A stretch of 64,000 nucleotides of DNA from Ktedonobacterales bacterium (GTDB lineage Bacteria > Chloroflexota > Ktedonobacteria > Ktedonobacterales > DATBGS01): positions 6,995 to 70,994 of the forward strand of contig DATBHW010000016.1 of the NCBI GenBank assembly GCA_036557285.1. The letters run 5' to 3'. Both the position numbers and the translations under genes were made by a program. Every line of letters starts with the position of its first letter. The first letter of the stretch is position 1. Below are positions 16,859-27,642 of the stretch, one piece after another. The notes below the pieces were generated by a model. That model saw only the letters and a program-made list of their open reading frames with translations, was not told where the DNA came from and searched no databases.

Positions 16859-16902
16859 TCTCCTGTCTCTGAGAAGAGCCTTCTGGCAGAAAGAAGCAAA
16901 CG

Positions 16903-18513
<1,611 letters not shown>

Positions 18514-18526
18514 GCAACTAGCCGAT

Positions 18527-19360
18527 TCACTTGCCAGCATTGGCGGCGCCAACCAGAGGCGCTGACTGATAAAAGAAACGATAGTCAGTCAGGTTGTTAT
18601 GGCGCGCCGAGGTCATATCCACATAGCCGCCGATGATCTGCTCGGCAAAGGGGCTGGCTGGAAGCGCCGATTTAGCCACCTGCCAGGAGCGTCGCCCTGG
18701 CTGATCGGCGGTGTCGCCGCTGAGGCGGACCCCCAGCCGGTCCATAATACGCATATTGCGCTGAGCCAGCGCAGGATGGGGGACATACATAGAGATGGTT
18801 GTATCGAGCGCGGCCAATTGCTCTGTAATCTGGTCGGGCCGATGCCCATAGTGAGCGCAGGCAGCTTGCGCCTCTTCAAGCAGCGCTTTCCTCGACAGCG
18901 TAAAGAGCGGCTCAAGCGCCCGAAGCAGATTCATACCTCGATTGAGCAGGACCAGCCGACCATGCGCCAGACGTTTCGCCAGCGGACTGGCGCTTTCCTG
19001 CTGCTGGATTATCTCCAACTGGCGCGTAATATCCCCAAAGGGCAGCGTATCCAGCCTGTGCTGAAGAAAATCCACAACCCCGGCGGTTTCTCCTGCCTGC
19101 CAGTCGCGCAAAAGTTCCAGGCACCGCCGCCCCTCGTAACGTTCTGCTGTCCTGGGTATACTGAGCAGGCGATCTTTGCGCTCGCACACCCACAGGGCAT
19201 GTAAATAGCGCACCGAGTCAGCAACCGAAAAAGCCGAGAAGCGCCGCTGCCCCTGCACCTCCTGAACATACTGAAAACTGGCCTCAAACTCCGGTTGCAG
19301 CCGCTCGAAAGCCGCAAGTTTTTCACCAACCAACAGTACCAATGATGTGTCCTGAGCCAT
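18527..19360 (-). CDS. hypothetical protein
   Basis: 277-aa ORF with AGGAGG 7 nt upstream of the ATG. Its composition is protein-like, unlike the Arg-rich overlapping plus-strand ORF. No motif recognised. Confidence 0.6.
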   Translation of the reverse strand: MAQDTSLVLLVGEKLAAFERLQPEFEASFQYVQEVQGQRRFSAFSVADSVRYLHALWVCERKDRLLSIPRTAERYEGRRCLELLRDWQAGETAGVVDFLQHRLDTLPFGDITRQLEIIQQQESASPLAKRLAHGRLVLLNRGMNLLRALEPLFTLSRKALLEEAQAACAHYGHRPDQITEQLAALDTTISMYVPHPALAQRNMRIMDRLGVRLSGDTADQPGRRSWQVAKSALPASPFAEQIIGGYVDMTSARHNNLTDYRFFYQSAPLVGAANAGK

Positions 19361-19712
19361 GATCTCACCTCCTGGCTTCTACTTGATGGCTTGCCCCAGA
19401 TGCCCTTCTCGTCTGGCTTTCCCAGGTAGGCGCCAGCGCCGCCAGAGCAGGCTTGCAGGAGAGCTACCATAGAGCTTTCTAGATAGGGTATACTATACCT
19501 GCACATTGGCATACGGGTGCAGGAGGCTGCCAAGGTTTTGCTGTATCCCCTGCATAACCCGGACCCTATTCCATACGTAAAACCACTAAACGTTACGCAT
19601 CTTAGATGCCGATTTCCCCCGATGGCCTGGCTCTGGCAGAAAGGTTGTGAAAACACACAGCCTCTTCGAGAACGCCCGATGGCCCTCTGTGGAACCCGGC
19701 GGGAGAAAAAGT

Positions 19713-21296
19713 ATGTTGCAAGCAGAGCCAGCCCCCGAACAGAAGGAGCAGCGCAGAAATCCTCCCCCAAAAGGTCTGGCCGTCTTAGGGGTACTGCGGC
19801 ATTCGGCCATGTTACGACTCTGGCTGGCTCAAGTCATCTATCTTAGCGTGCAATCGGCTGCCAGTTATGGCATGATTGTGCGTATGACCGATGAAACCGG
19901 CTCGGCCACCCTGGTCGGGCTGGTCCTGATTGCGCTGACCTTGCCCCCATTCCTGCTTGGTGCTCCGGCAGGGGCGCTGGTAGATCGCATGGATCGCCGC
20001 AATGTCCTCTGGGTCAGCAACGCCCTGCGCGCCCTGGCGACTGCGCTCTTTGTCCTGGCATTACTCGCCACTCCCCATGCATTTTACTCGATCTATCTCC
20101 TGGCTCTGTTATTTTCGTTGGTTGGCCTGTTCTTTACCCCGGCAGAGGGCGCGCTGATCCCCACGCTCGTCAATGAAGAAGAACTGCTGCCCGCCCTCTC
20201 GCTCTATAACCTGACGCTGAACGTCAGCCAGGCGGTAGGTTTGCTGGTGCTTGGGCCGCTCATGCTGAGTCTTCTACCAACCATCATCATCCCGCTGGGA
20301 GGCCAGCATCAACTGACTCTTCTGCCCATTGAAACACTCTTTGTCCTGATTACCCTCCTCTATCTTCTGGCTGCCGTTCTCATCCACAGTCTGCCCAGGG
20401 GCCGCCGACCAGCCCCGCGTTCCGCAGAAGTGCTGGCAAGCAGAGTAGCAGATGAAGACCGGCTGCACGATCCTCCGCTTTCAGGGCAGGCGCTGGCAAG
20501 CAATGTCGAACCAACCATCCCAAACTGGCAGCAGCTACGCACAGATTTACGCGATGGTTGGCAGCTCGTCCGAAAAGATGGCATCTTGTCCGATTCGCTT
20601 CTGCAAGCCTGCTTTGGCAGCCTGATGATGATGACCATTGCCGGACTGGCAACGATCTTCGTGGAACGCTTCTTGAACCTGCCCAGCAAAGATACTGCCC
20701 TCATCTTCACGCCGGCTGGCATTGGCATCGTCGTGGGTTCGCTGCTCATTCCTGTCGTAGTTTCTCACCTGGGTCAGATGCGAACCATCATCGTCGGAAT
20801 GATTGGCATGGCGGTAGGTATAGGGCTGCTCCCGGTGGCCCAGCACATTGCACAACTGGCCGCTCCAGACGATTGGTGGACAGAACCCACCTTCCTGCTC
20901 ATCGTAGCAGCCCTCACTACACTCGTTGGCTTCAGTCTGGATTTCATCATTGTCCCCGCGCAGGCAGAAATGCAGGAACGCTCGCCCGACGAGATGCGTG
21001 GGCGTGTGCTGGCGCTCTATCAAGCCCTCTTCAATGGCGGTTCTATCCCAGTCCTCCTCTTTATGGGAGCAGTGGCCGACCTGCTCGGCATTGTGGTAGT
21101 TCTCTATTTGATGGCGGGCCTCAGCCTTACGGTGGCGCTGCTCGCCACCCTGCGGGCGTTGTTCAGGAACCGCGAGCGTTCTCATCGCGGTTCGCTTCCT
21201 GTCGCTGTTCACAGCAAGCGGCCACATCAGTTACCCCAGCCCTGGATAGATGAGCACGCCAGCGCCGATGAGATGCCCGAAGGCGCTCCCCTATAA
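19713..21296 (+). CDS. MFS transporter (efflux type)
   Basis: About 12 hydrophobic helices and the MFS loop motif 'GALVDRMDRRNV' after TM2. The start is uncertain: ATG at 19713 or GTG at 19647. Confidence 0.8.
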   Translation: MLQAEPAPEQKEQRRNPPPKGLAVLGVLRHSAMLRLWLAQVIYLSVQSAASYGMIVRMTDETGSATLVGLVLIALTLPPFLLGAPAGALVDRMDRRNVLWVSNALRALATALFVLALLATPHAFYSIYLLALLFSLVGLFFTPAEGALIPTLVNEEELLPALSLYNLTLNVSQAVGLLVLGPLMLSLLPTIIIPLGGQHQLTLLPIETLFVLITLLYLLAAVLIHSLPRGRRPAPRSAEVLASRVADEDRLHDPPLSGQALASNVEPTIPNWQQLRTDLRDGWQLVRKDGILSDSLLQACFGSLMMMTIAGLATIFVERFLNLPSKDTALIFTPAGIGIVVGSLLIPVVVSHLGQMRTIIVGMIGMAVGIGLLPVAQHIAQLAAPDDWWTEPTFLLIVAALTTLVGFSLDFIIVPAQAEMQERSPDEMRGRVLALYQALFNGGSIPVLLFMGAVADLLGIVVVLYLMAGLSLTVALLATLRALFRNRERSHRGSLPVAVHSKRPHQLPQPWIDEHASADEMPEGAPL

Positions 21297-21400
21297 AAAG
21301 CTGGTGGCGCGCACGCGGGTGCTTGACAGAATGTAGCGCCTCTGGTAGCTGTATAGCAGGTCCATATCAATCTGCTTTATAGCCCATCGTCGAGAAAGCC

Positions 21401-22147
21401 ATGCTGAACCTGCTGTTGGTCGAAGATAACGAAAACCTGCGCCCTGCACTGGGTAGAGGGCTGGAAGACACCAGATCGGTGCGCGTCGGAGCTTCGTGCG
21501 GCAGCAGCGAAGAAGCCCTGGCGCTCTGCCTGGCCGATCCGCCTGATGTCATCCTGATGGACGTGCAGTTGGCAGGCGAGATGAACGGTATTGAGGCTGC
21601 TATTGCCATCCGGCGCGAGTTTCCGCGCTTGCCCGTCGTCTTCTATTCCATTCAGGACGATGACGTCTATTATCGCGCCTTTCGCCGCTCTGGCATCCTC
21701 AGCCACTATGCCTACGTGCGCAAATCCAACTACCTCCTGCCGCAGATGATCATACCTTTGCTGCGAGACGCCGTCGCCGGGCGCAGCTTCATTGACCCGG
21801 AGATTGAGTCGCGCGTTCAGGAAGTGCGCCAGAAAGACGAGGAATCGCCAATGGCCCTGCTAGAACCGAATGAGCAGGTGGTTGCCCGCCTCCTGGCGCA
21901 AGGCATGAGCAACGAACATATCGCCGCGCGGCTGGGTTTTCGTGATAAACGGACTATCAGCCGAACGAACGGACAAATCTACACGGCCTGGGGGCTCAAC
22001 GAAAGTACCACCGATGAGAAAGTGGCGCGGGTGCGCGCTATCCTGATTATCCGCGAAGGGCGGCTCATCCACTGGGATGAGCAGGGCGCGCCCCATATTC
22101 TTGACACACGCGGCCAATGGATACCTTACGACCTCGGAAAAGAGTGA
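21401..22147 (+). CDS. NarL/LuxR-family response regulator
   Basis: Receiver domain 'LLLVEDNE...DVILMDVQL' and a C-terminal LuxR-type HTH (ARLLAQGMSNEHIAARLGFRDKRTISRTNGQIYTAWG). Confidence 0.9.
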   Translation: MLNLLLVEDNENLRPALGRGLEDTRSVRVGASCGSSEEALALCLADPPDVILMDVQLAGEMNGIEAAIAIRREFPRLPVVFYSIQDDDVYYRAFRRSGILSHYAYVRKSNYLLPQMIIPLLRDAVAGRSFIDPEIESRVQEVRQKDEESPMALLEPNEQVVARLLAQGMSNEHIAARLGFRDKRTISRTNGQIYTAWGLNESTTDEKVARVRAILIIREGRLIHWDEQGAPHILDTRGQWIPYDLGKE

Positions 22148-22151
22148 CAGC

Positions 22152-24386
22152 ATGTTCCTCTATTATTTCCTCAACTGGGCCTTCCGAACAGTCTCTTTTT
22201 TTAATACCATCACCTTGCTATGGCTGGGGCTAACCGTCCTGCTCAATGCAGAACGGCGCCGCTGGGGAACCTGGGTAGCCTCCGGCGGCCTGCTCATCGG
22301 TGGTGCTTTTTTCGCCGCGCATTCAACTGTCGTGGGACGCATCTTCGACACTCTGGATACACAGGTCTCCTTCTGGTGGCGGCTGATCTGGCTCCCTTTT
22401 ATTTTCTCGCCATACCTCTGGTATCTGGTCATCGTCGGCTATACCGGCGTGCTGCGCGCGGGAGGCCATCGTGTCTGGCTCTTGCTGGTCAGTGCGCTAG
22501 GCTGCGTAGCGTTGGCGCTGCTGCTTTTCCCACATAATCTGCCCAGCTACGAAGAACTGACCGAGGGCAGTCCGCAAAGCGTTTTCTCTATCGCTGGTGT
22601 CCCGCTAGTCATGCTCATCTATCCCATCTACAGCGTCCTGTGTTTTGCCCTCGCGCTCTTCGCTCTCCACCATCCAGCAGGCTCCGAACGTTTCATGGGC
22701 GCCCTGGCGCAGCGCCGCGCGCTCCCCTGGCTCAGCGGTGCATCGTATGTCCTGCTTGCCGTCAGCCTTGGCGTTGGCGGTATTGCCACCTGGCTGATTG
22801 AGGGCCTGGAGTCACGGCAGATCATCTTTACCGCGCCAGCCACTCAGCAACTGCTCATGGCGTTTGATATACTCATTTCCACCTTGATCGCCGCAGCAGT
22901 GATCCTGGCTGGGCAAGGCATGGTTGCTTATGAAATCTTTACCGGCAAAGTCCTGCCGCGCGGTGGCCTAGCGCGTCACTGGCGCAACAGCCTGATTCTG
23001 GCAGCAGGCTACGGCGCAGCAGTCGCTGGAAGCCTGGTTCTGGCGATCAATCCTATGTATCCTCTTGTGCTGGCAACCCTCATCATGACCGCCTTTTACG
23101 GCCTGTTAAGCTGGCGTTCCTACGCCGAACACGAGCGCGGCATGGAGCGGCTGCGCCCGTTTGTCGCCAGCCAGCGACTCTACGAACATCTCCTCAAGCC
23201 AACCATCTCTCCTGAAGTTGATGTCGCCACTCCCTTCAAGGCGCTCTGTGAAGGCGTACTGGGTACCCAGGTCGCCTATCTCGCCGCCGTCGGACCGCTT
23301 GCGCCGTCTGGTGGGGTGATCCTTACATACCCTGCCAACACCTCGCTTGCGCTGCGAACACTCGCCAGCATCACAACCCGCTTTCACGCTCCCCAGGACA
23401 TCTGCATTCCCCTTGATCCCAACCAATATGGCGGCGCTGTCTGGGCTGCTCCCCTCTGGAGTGAACGCGGCTTGATCGGCGTACTGCTGCTGGGGAACAG
23501 GCGCGATGGCCGCCTTTATACCCAAGAAGAGATGGAGATTGCCCGCGCCACCGGCGAGCGTTTAATTGACACGCAGGCCAGCGCCGAAATGTCCCGCAGA
23601 CTGATGGCCTTGCAGCGCGAACGGCTGGCCGAAAGCCAGATTCTCGACCAGCGCACCAGAAGGGTGCTGCATGATGACGTATTGGCGCACCTGCACACCG
23701 CTATGCTCCGGCTCAGCAGCCCACAGGCAGGCGCCCCCGAAACAACGGCTGAAGTCGTCAAGCTGCTTGGAGAGACACATCATCAGATTGCCAATCTCCT
23801 GCGCGCCATGCCTATCACAACCACCCGCGAAGTCGCTCGCCTGGGCCTGATCGGCGCGCTTCGCCAGGTCATTGATACCGAACTTGCCGCAGCCTTTGAT
23901 AGCGTCACCTGGCAGATCGACCCGCAGGCAGCGCACAATCTGCAATACATTTCCGCTCTCGCTGCCGAAGTCCTCTTCTCCGCTGCCCGCGAGGCCATCC
24001 GCAACGCGGCCCGCTATGGACGCAACGGAGAACACAGCCGCGCTTTGCACCTGAAGCTCTCGGTTGCCCTGGCTGATGGCCTCCAGATAATGATTGAGGA
24101 CGATGGCGTAGGGCTGGATACAGCCGATCCACTCGTCAACAGCAGCGGCCAGGGGCTGGCGCTGCACAGCACTATGATGACCATTATCGGCGGCACACTC
24201 ACCGCAGAGAGCGGTCCAGCAGGGCTATCCACGCGTGTCACTCTGACGCTTCCTCTAGAACCCTCCTCTATTCCGCTGCTAGCCGAGACGGGCGTAAACA
24301 GCCCTGAACAGCGCGCCATCATAACTACCGGGCAGCCATTGCCAGACCCGCCGTCAGCTCCGGCTCAGCATTCAATAACTGCTTGA
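22152..24386 (+). CDS. membrane sensor histidine kinase (HisKA_3 type)
   Basis: Multi-helix N-terminal membrane domain and a central GAF-like region. H-box 'RRVLHDDVLAHLH'. ATPase motifs 'IEDDGVGL' and 'SGQGLALHS'. The ATG lies 4 nt after the regulator stop. Confidence 0.85.
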   Translation: MFLYYFLNWAFRTVSFFNTITLLWLGLTVLLNAERRRWGTWVASGGLLIGGAFFAAHSTVVGRIFDTLDTQVSFWWRLIWLPFIFSPYLWYLVIVGYTGVLRAGGHRVWLLLVSALGCVALALLLFPHNLPSYEELTEGSPQSVFSIAGVPLVMLIYPIYSVLCFALALFALHHPAGSERFMGALAQRRALPWLSGASYVLLAVSLGVGGIATWLIEGLESRQIIFTAPATQQLLMAFDILISTLIAAAVILAGQGMVAYEIFTGKVLPRGGLARHWRNSLILAAGYGAAVAGSLVLAINPMYPLVLATLIMTAFYGLLSWRSYAEHERGMERLRPFVASQRLYEHLLKPTISPEVDVATPFKALCEGVLGTQVAYLAAVGPLAPSGGVILTYPANTSLALRTLASITTRFHAPQDICIPLDPNQYGGAVWAAPLWSERGLIGVLLLGNRRDGRLYTQEEMEIARATGERLIDTQASAEMSRRLMALQRERLAESQILDQRTRRVLHDDVLAHLHTAMLRLSSPQAGAPETTAEVVKLLGETHHQIANLLRAMPITTTREVARLGLIGALRQVIDTELAAAFDSVTWQIDPQAAHNLQYISALAAEVLFSAAREAIRNAARYGRNGEHSRALHLKLSVALADGLQIMIEDDGVGLDTADPLVNSSGQGLALHSTMMTIIGGTLTAESGPAGLSTRVTLTLPLEPSSIPLLAETGVNSPEQRAIITTGQPLPDPPSAPAQHSITA

Positions 24387-24501
24387 ACTGTGACGAGGCA
24401 GCACTCGCCGCATCAACCCCCAACATATCAGTGATCGAAAGCAGACCTAGCAGAGCAGACACAATCGCATACGCCAGGTACTGCAAGAAACCGCTCAGCA
24501 T
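24325..24501 (-). CDS. candidate small hydrophobic protein (58 aa)
   Basis: Below the track cutoff. AAGGGGG SD lies 6 nt upstream of the ATG at 24501. The translation starts MLSGFLQYLAYAIVSALLGLLSI, a TM-like segment. Its 3' end overlaps the convergent kinase gene by 62 nt. Confidence 0.25.
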   Translation of the reverse strand: MLSGFLQYLAYAIVSALLGLLSITDMLGVDAASAASSQFKQLLNAEPELTAGLAMAAR

Positions 24502-24650
24502 AAAAGACCCCCTTTGCTCGCTTTGTTCCTGTCTACGCAGCGCCTCACGCTGCTATGCCGCAGGATACGTTCCCCCGACACTGCTCCCCGTGATGAGCGG
24601 CAGTGACATATAATTGGGGAAAAGGAACGAAAAGGGGAAAGTGAGCCAAG

Positions 24651-25397
24651 ATGGCTAGTGAAACATCATCGCTTGATGCCCTGGCTGAACGTTTTGCGCA
24701 TCCGTCGGTGCGAGTCATGGCCCGTGAATTGGCCCAAATGGCCCGCGATCTGGAGCGCGGAACACTGGCGTGGCCGCGCACGCCACCCGTTACTGCCTGG
24801 TTCAGCGCGGCACTGCCCGGATTGGAGAGCATCGAAGCAGCCCTGAATCAGCGGCGGGATAGGTCGCTGGCCGTTGATCAAAGTGATTGGGCCTGCTTCG
24901 CGCGAACCGTCCAGGCGGGAGCAGGTGCAGCAGATGATGCGGTCCAGCAGCCGCCTCTCAGAGCGCCGCATCCAGTATCGGTGATTGCGCTCCGGCTGGT
25001 CTGGGGGTCTGAGCGATTCCGCGAATTGCCAACGGTGATTCTGAAACCACCACCTGCCCCATTTCTGGAGCAGCTAGCACGCCTGCCCGCGCCAGAGCGC
25101 GCTGCGGCTCCAGAGCAGCTTGTTCAGGCAGTATCAGCATGGCTACAAGAAAGACAACCCCTTGCCGACCAGGAACACGCTTTGCTCACCGTCGGGGATG
25201 TGCGCGGCTTCGTGCGCGTCGTGGCCTCCTGCCGGGTCGTGGGCCAGCTACGCAAAGAAGTAACGCTGGAAGATGTCGCCGCTGGCTATCTGGCCTGGGC
25301 GCGTTTGCTGCGCGCCAACCTTGATCAGCTCAGCGACATCTCCAGCGGCTGGTGGTCCTCCACAGGCCGCCAGCCTGGCATTAGGCCAGATCGTTAG
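24651..25397 (+). CDS. hypothetical protein
   Basis: 248-aa ORF preceded by a purine-rich leader (GGGGAAAAGGAACGAAAAGGGGAAAG) and a TATAAT at 24609-24614. No motif recognised. Confidence 0.5.
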   Translation: MASETSSLDALAERFAHPSVRVMARELAQMARDLERGTLAWPRTPPVTAWFSAALPGLESIEAALNQRRDRSLAVDQSDWACFARTVQAGAGAADDAVQQPPLRAPHPVSVIALRLVWGSERFRELPTVILKPPPAPFLEQLARLPAPERAAAPEQLVQAVSAWLQERQPLADQEHALLTVGDVRGFVRVVASCRVVGQLRKEVTLEDVAAGYLAWARLLRANLDQLSDISSGWWSSTGRQPGIRPDR

Positions 25398-25427
25398 GCA
25401 GATGGCCCACTTTATCCCGAATCCGCG

Positions 25428-26837
25428 CTAGAGAGTCCCAAAATCCACCTGTCCAGCTTTCGAGAGATCAGGATTGAGAAAGACTATCGTATAGGGAGCC
25501 GGATCGGATGGAATCACCCAGGAATCGAAACCCACATCCTTACTCTCCGCTCCTGCCACCATCACCCCAATCGGCGCGTTGAACTGCGTATCCGCCCGCT
25601 TGCGATCTCCGTTGGGGTAGATCAGCAGATATTGCGCCCAGTCGCCATCCCCCACAAGAACTGGGGCGGCGGTATTATTGGTCACATGGAAGTAGACCCG
25701 CAGGAAGCGCGTCCCCTTTTGCGCCTGGCACCCGCAGGGGTTCCAGGTCACGGTGACAATCTTCGTAATCACCCCGGTAATGTTCCCATTGTCATACTTG
25801 ATCGGCTGGTTCAACCCCATGGTATGCGGAATCTCCTGATAGAGGGTGGGGTCATAGTCCCCGCCCAGCGGGATGTTCACCAGCACTTCGCTCGTCTCGC
25901 CGATCACCAGGGTCCAATCCGTGATCTTGACGGCCTTGGGTACCTCGAAGTAGAAAGCGTCAGTGGCTTTGAGGGGTTCGCCAAACTCCCCAGGAACTTC
26001 ATCCTTGGGGATGCCATGCCCCAGCCCAACATCAATCAGGCGTCCATCTGGACCCATGACTCGTCCAGTGACCAGGAATCCGCCATGCCTGGACGACTCA
26101 TAATCCACGTTGACCACAATCCTGAGAATAGTATCCTGGTCAGGATTAAAGTTCTGGAAGTCAGGCATCTGCTGAGCCTCAGTCGCGCTCACGACAGTAA
26201 ACATCACCCCAGCATAGATACCTGTGCGGTTAATGTTATCAAGCGTCTGGGTAGCCGCGCTGCTCCCAGGCGTATTGCCCGCGCCAGGCGTAGAGGCTGC
26301 CCCAGGGGTGCTGCCAGCGACAGGGTGGCTCGCTGGCGCGGATTTATGCAGCAGGAAAAAAGCCCCGGCGCCCAGCGCCCCGCCAAGTAGCAGAATGATA
26401 AGCAGAACGGTTAGAACCATCCGCTTGCCGCGCCCCTTCTGTGGCTTGGCCCAGGGAGCAACACCGCCCCCTGGCGTCATGACCGGCGGCGGGCCAGAGG
26501 CATACCCCGGCGGGGGCGGCAGATACGACGGCTGGCTCGGCCCCGAAGGATACGCCCCTGGCGCTCCCTGGTTCACTGCTGGCCCATTATACTGGCTATA
26601 GGGTGGCGTTGAGCCTACAAGCGGTGGAGGCGGGGGCGGAGGCGGCGCCAGTTGGGTTGGCGCGTTATCGCCCGCTGACGCTGGAGGCATCGAGGCCATC
26701 TGTGTAGGCGCGTTCGCGGCCATCTGCGCAGCCTTACTCTGAGAGGGCGCCTGCATGAGAGCGCCACAGTTTGGACAAAACCCCGCCCCTGTCGGGACAG
26801 GCTGGCTGCAACGAGTACAGAGTGTTGCTTGCTGCAT
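25428..26837 (-). CDS. zinc-ribbon / proline-rich / single-TM protein with DUF4352-like extracellular domain
   Basis: N-terminal 'CTRCSQPVPTGAGFCPNCG' zinc ribbon, a long Pro-rich linker including PPPPPPPP, and the TM helix 'MVLTVLLIILLLGGALGAGAFFLL'. The beta-rich C-terminal domain is called from memory of DUF4352 proteins. Confidence 0.7.
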   Translation of the reverse strand: MQQATLCTRCSQPVPTGAGFCPNCGALMQAPSQSKAAQMAANAPTQMASMPPASAGDNAPTQLAPPPPPPPPLVGSTPPYSQYNGPAVNQGAPGAYPSGPSQPSYLPPPPGYASGPPPVMTPGGGVAPWAKPQKGRGKRMVLTVLLIILLLGGALGAGAFFLLHKSAPASHPVAGSTPGAASTPGAGNTPGSSAATQTLDNINRTGIYAGVMFTVVSATEAQQMPDFQNFNPDQDTILRIVVNVDYESSRHGGFLVTGRVMGPDGRLIDVGLGHGIPKDEVPGEFGEPLKATDAFYFEVPKAVKITDWTLVIGETSEVLVNIPLGGDYDPTLYQEIPHTMGLNQPIKYDNGNITGVITKIVTVTWNPCGCQAQKGTRFLRVYFHVTNNTAAPVLVGDGDWAQYLLIYPNGDRKRADTQFNAPIGVMVAGAESKDVGFDSWVIPSDPAPYTIVFLNPDLSKAGQVDFGTL

Positions 26838-26943
26838 GGGAGCACTCCCCTCTCTCTAGATGAACGTCAACCCTGGCTGTCAACCCAAAGATACGAGCGC
26901 GTACTTTGCGATCTGGATTTCCGAAAGGAAGGCAGGACCATCC

Positions 26944-27606
26944 TTATGGCGCCGGAATCGTGGCGCCCGCATTAAAAACTGGATCGGTATAAGCAATATC
27001 ATCGGTTATTCCCTGCGCCTGGACGTGTTGTGTAGTCTTGACTACATACAGGTCTGACGCTCGTATCCAGAGTTCCGTAGGAACCGCAAGGTTATCCTGG
27101 TGAAGGATTCCCGAAACATGATAGGTCGTCTCCCCATTCACTGTCTCTTTGCCTAGATATTTGCCATTGTGCAGCTCATAATAGGGTTCGATGTTGGAAG
27201 TGTTCGATTGTGTGGCTCCATTCCGGGTGGTGGTGATCTTCTTGGTTGTATAATCGTAGATTTGATGGCGTGATAATGATGGCACACTGCTAAACTGCAC
27301 GTCGAGCAAGAAACGGTGCGGAGAGCGCGTGAACACAGCCTTTCCGCTACCAACAGCACTGCCTTGAGGTGATTGGACCATTTCGCTCAGCGTATACGTA
27401 ACATCCTGTGGCCCTCTTTCATGCGAGAGAGCCAGCAACTGGCTGACATTGGAGGGGTCTACCGTCGCGGTAGGTGTGGGAGGCGCTCCTGAAGGAGTAG
27501 CTGTCTGAGACCCTTCTCCTCCCTGGCTGACAGAACTGGCGCACGACGCAAGTAAAAAAAGTCCGAAGAGAAGGCATGCGAGATGCTTGACACGTATTGA
27601 TAGCAT
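26944..27606 (-). CDS. lipoprotein, function unknown
   Basis: Signal peptide with the lipobox 'LLLASC'. AGGAGG lies upstream of the ATG at 27606. Confidence 0.65.
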   Translation of the reverse strand: MLSIRVKHLACLLFGLFLLASCASSVSQGGEGSQTATPSGAPPTPTATVDPSNVSQLLALSHERGPQDVTYTLSEMVQSPQGSAVGSGKAVFTRSPHRFLLDVQFSSVPSLSRHQIYDYTTKKITTTRNGATQSNTSNIEPYYELHNGKYLGKETVNGETTYHVSGILHQDNLAVPTELWIRASDLYVVKTTQHVQAQGITDDIAYTDPVFNAGATIPAP

Positions 27607-27642
27607 GGTTGATCCTCCTGCGATCTGCGGTGCGTAAAGACT

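Noticed and set aside
19009-19770. 253-aa minus-strand ORF covering the orphan-gene 5' end, the intergenic region and the MFS 5' end.
   Set aside because: It overlaps two better-supported genes and a promoter region. It has Cys/Arg-rich composition and no SD.
21320-21400. TTGACA at 21323 as the promoter of the two-component operon.
   Set aside because: No acceptable -10 lies at 16-18 nt. The best candidates are TAGCTG at 17 nt or TATAGC at 23 nt. Not supportable by eye.
26600-26660. GGNGG-rich tract that looks like a short tandem repeat.
   Set aside because: It is the coding sequence, on the minus strand, for the polyproline run of the zinc-ribbon membrane protein. It is in frame and continuous with the ORF.
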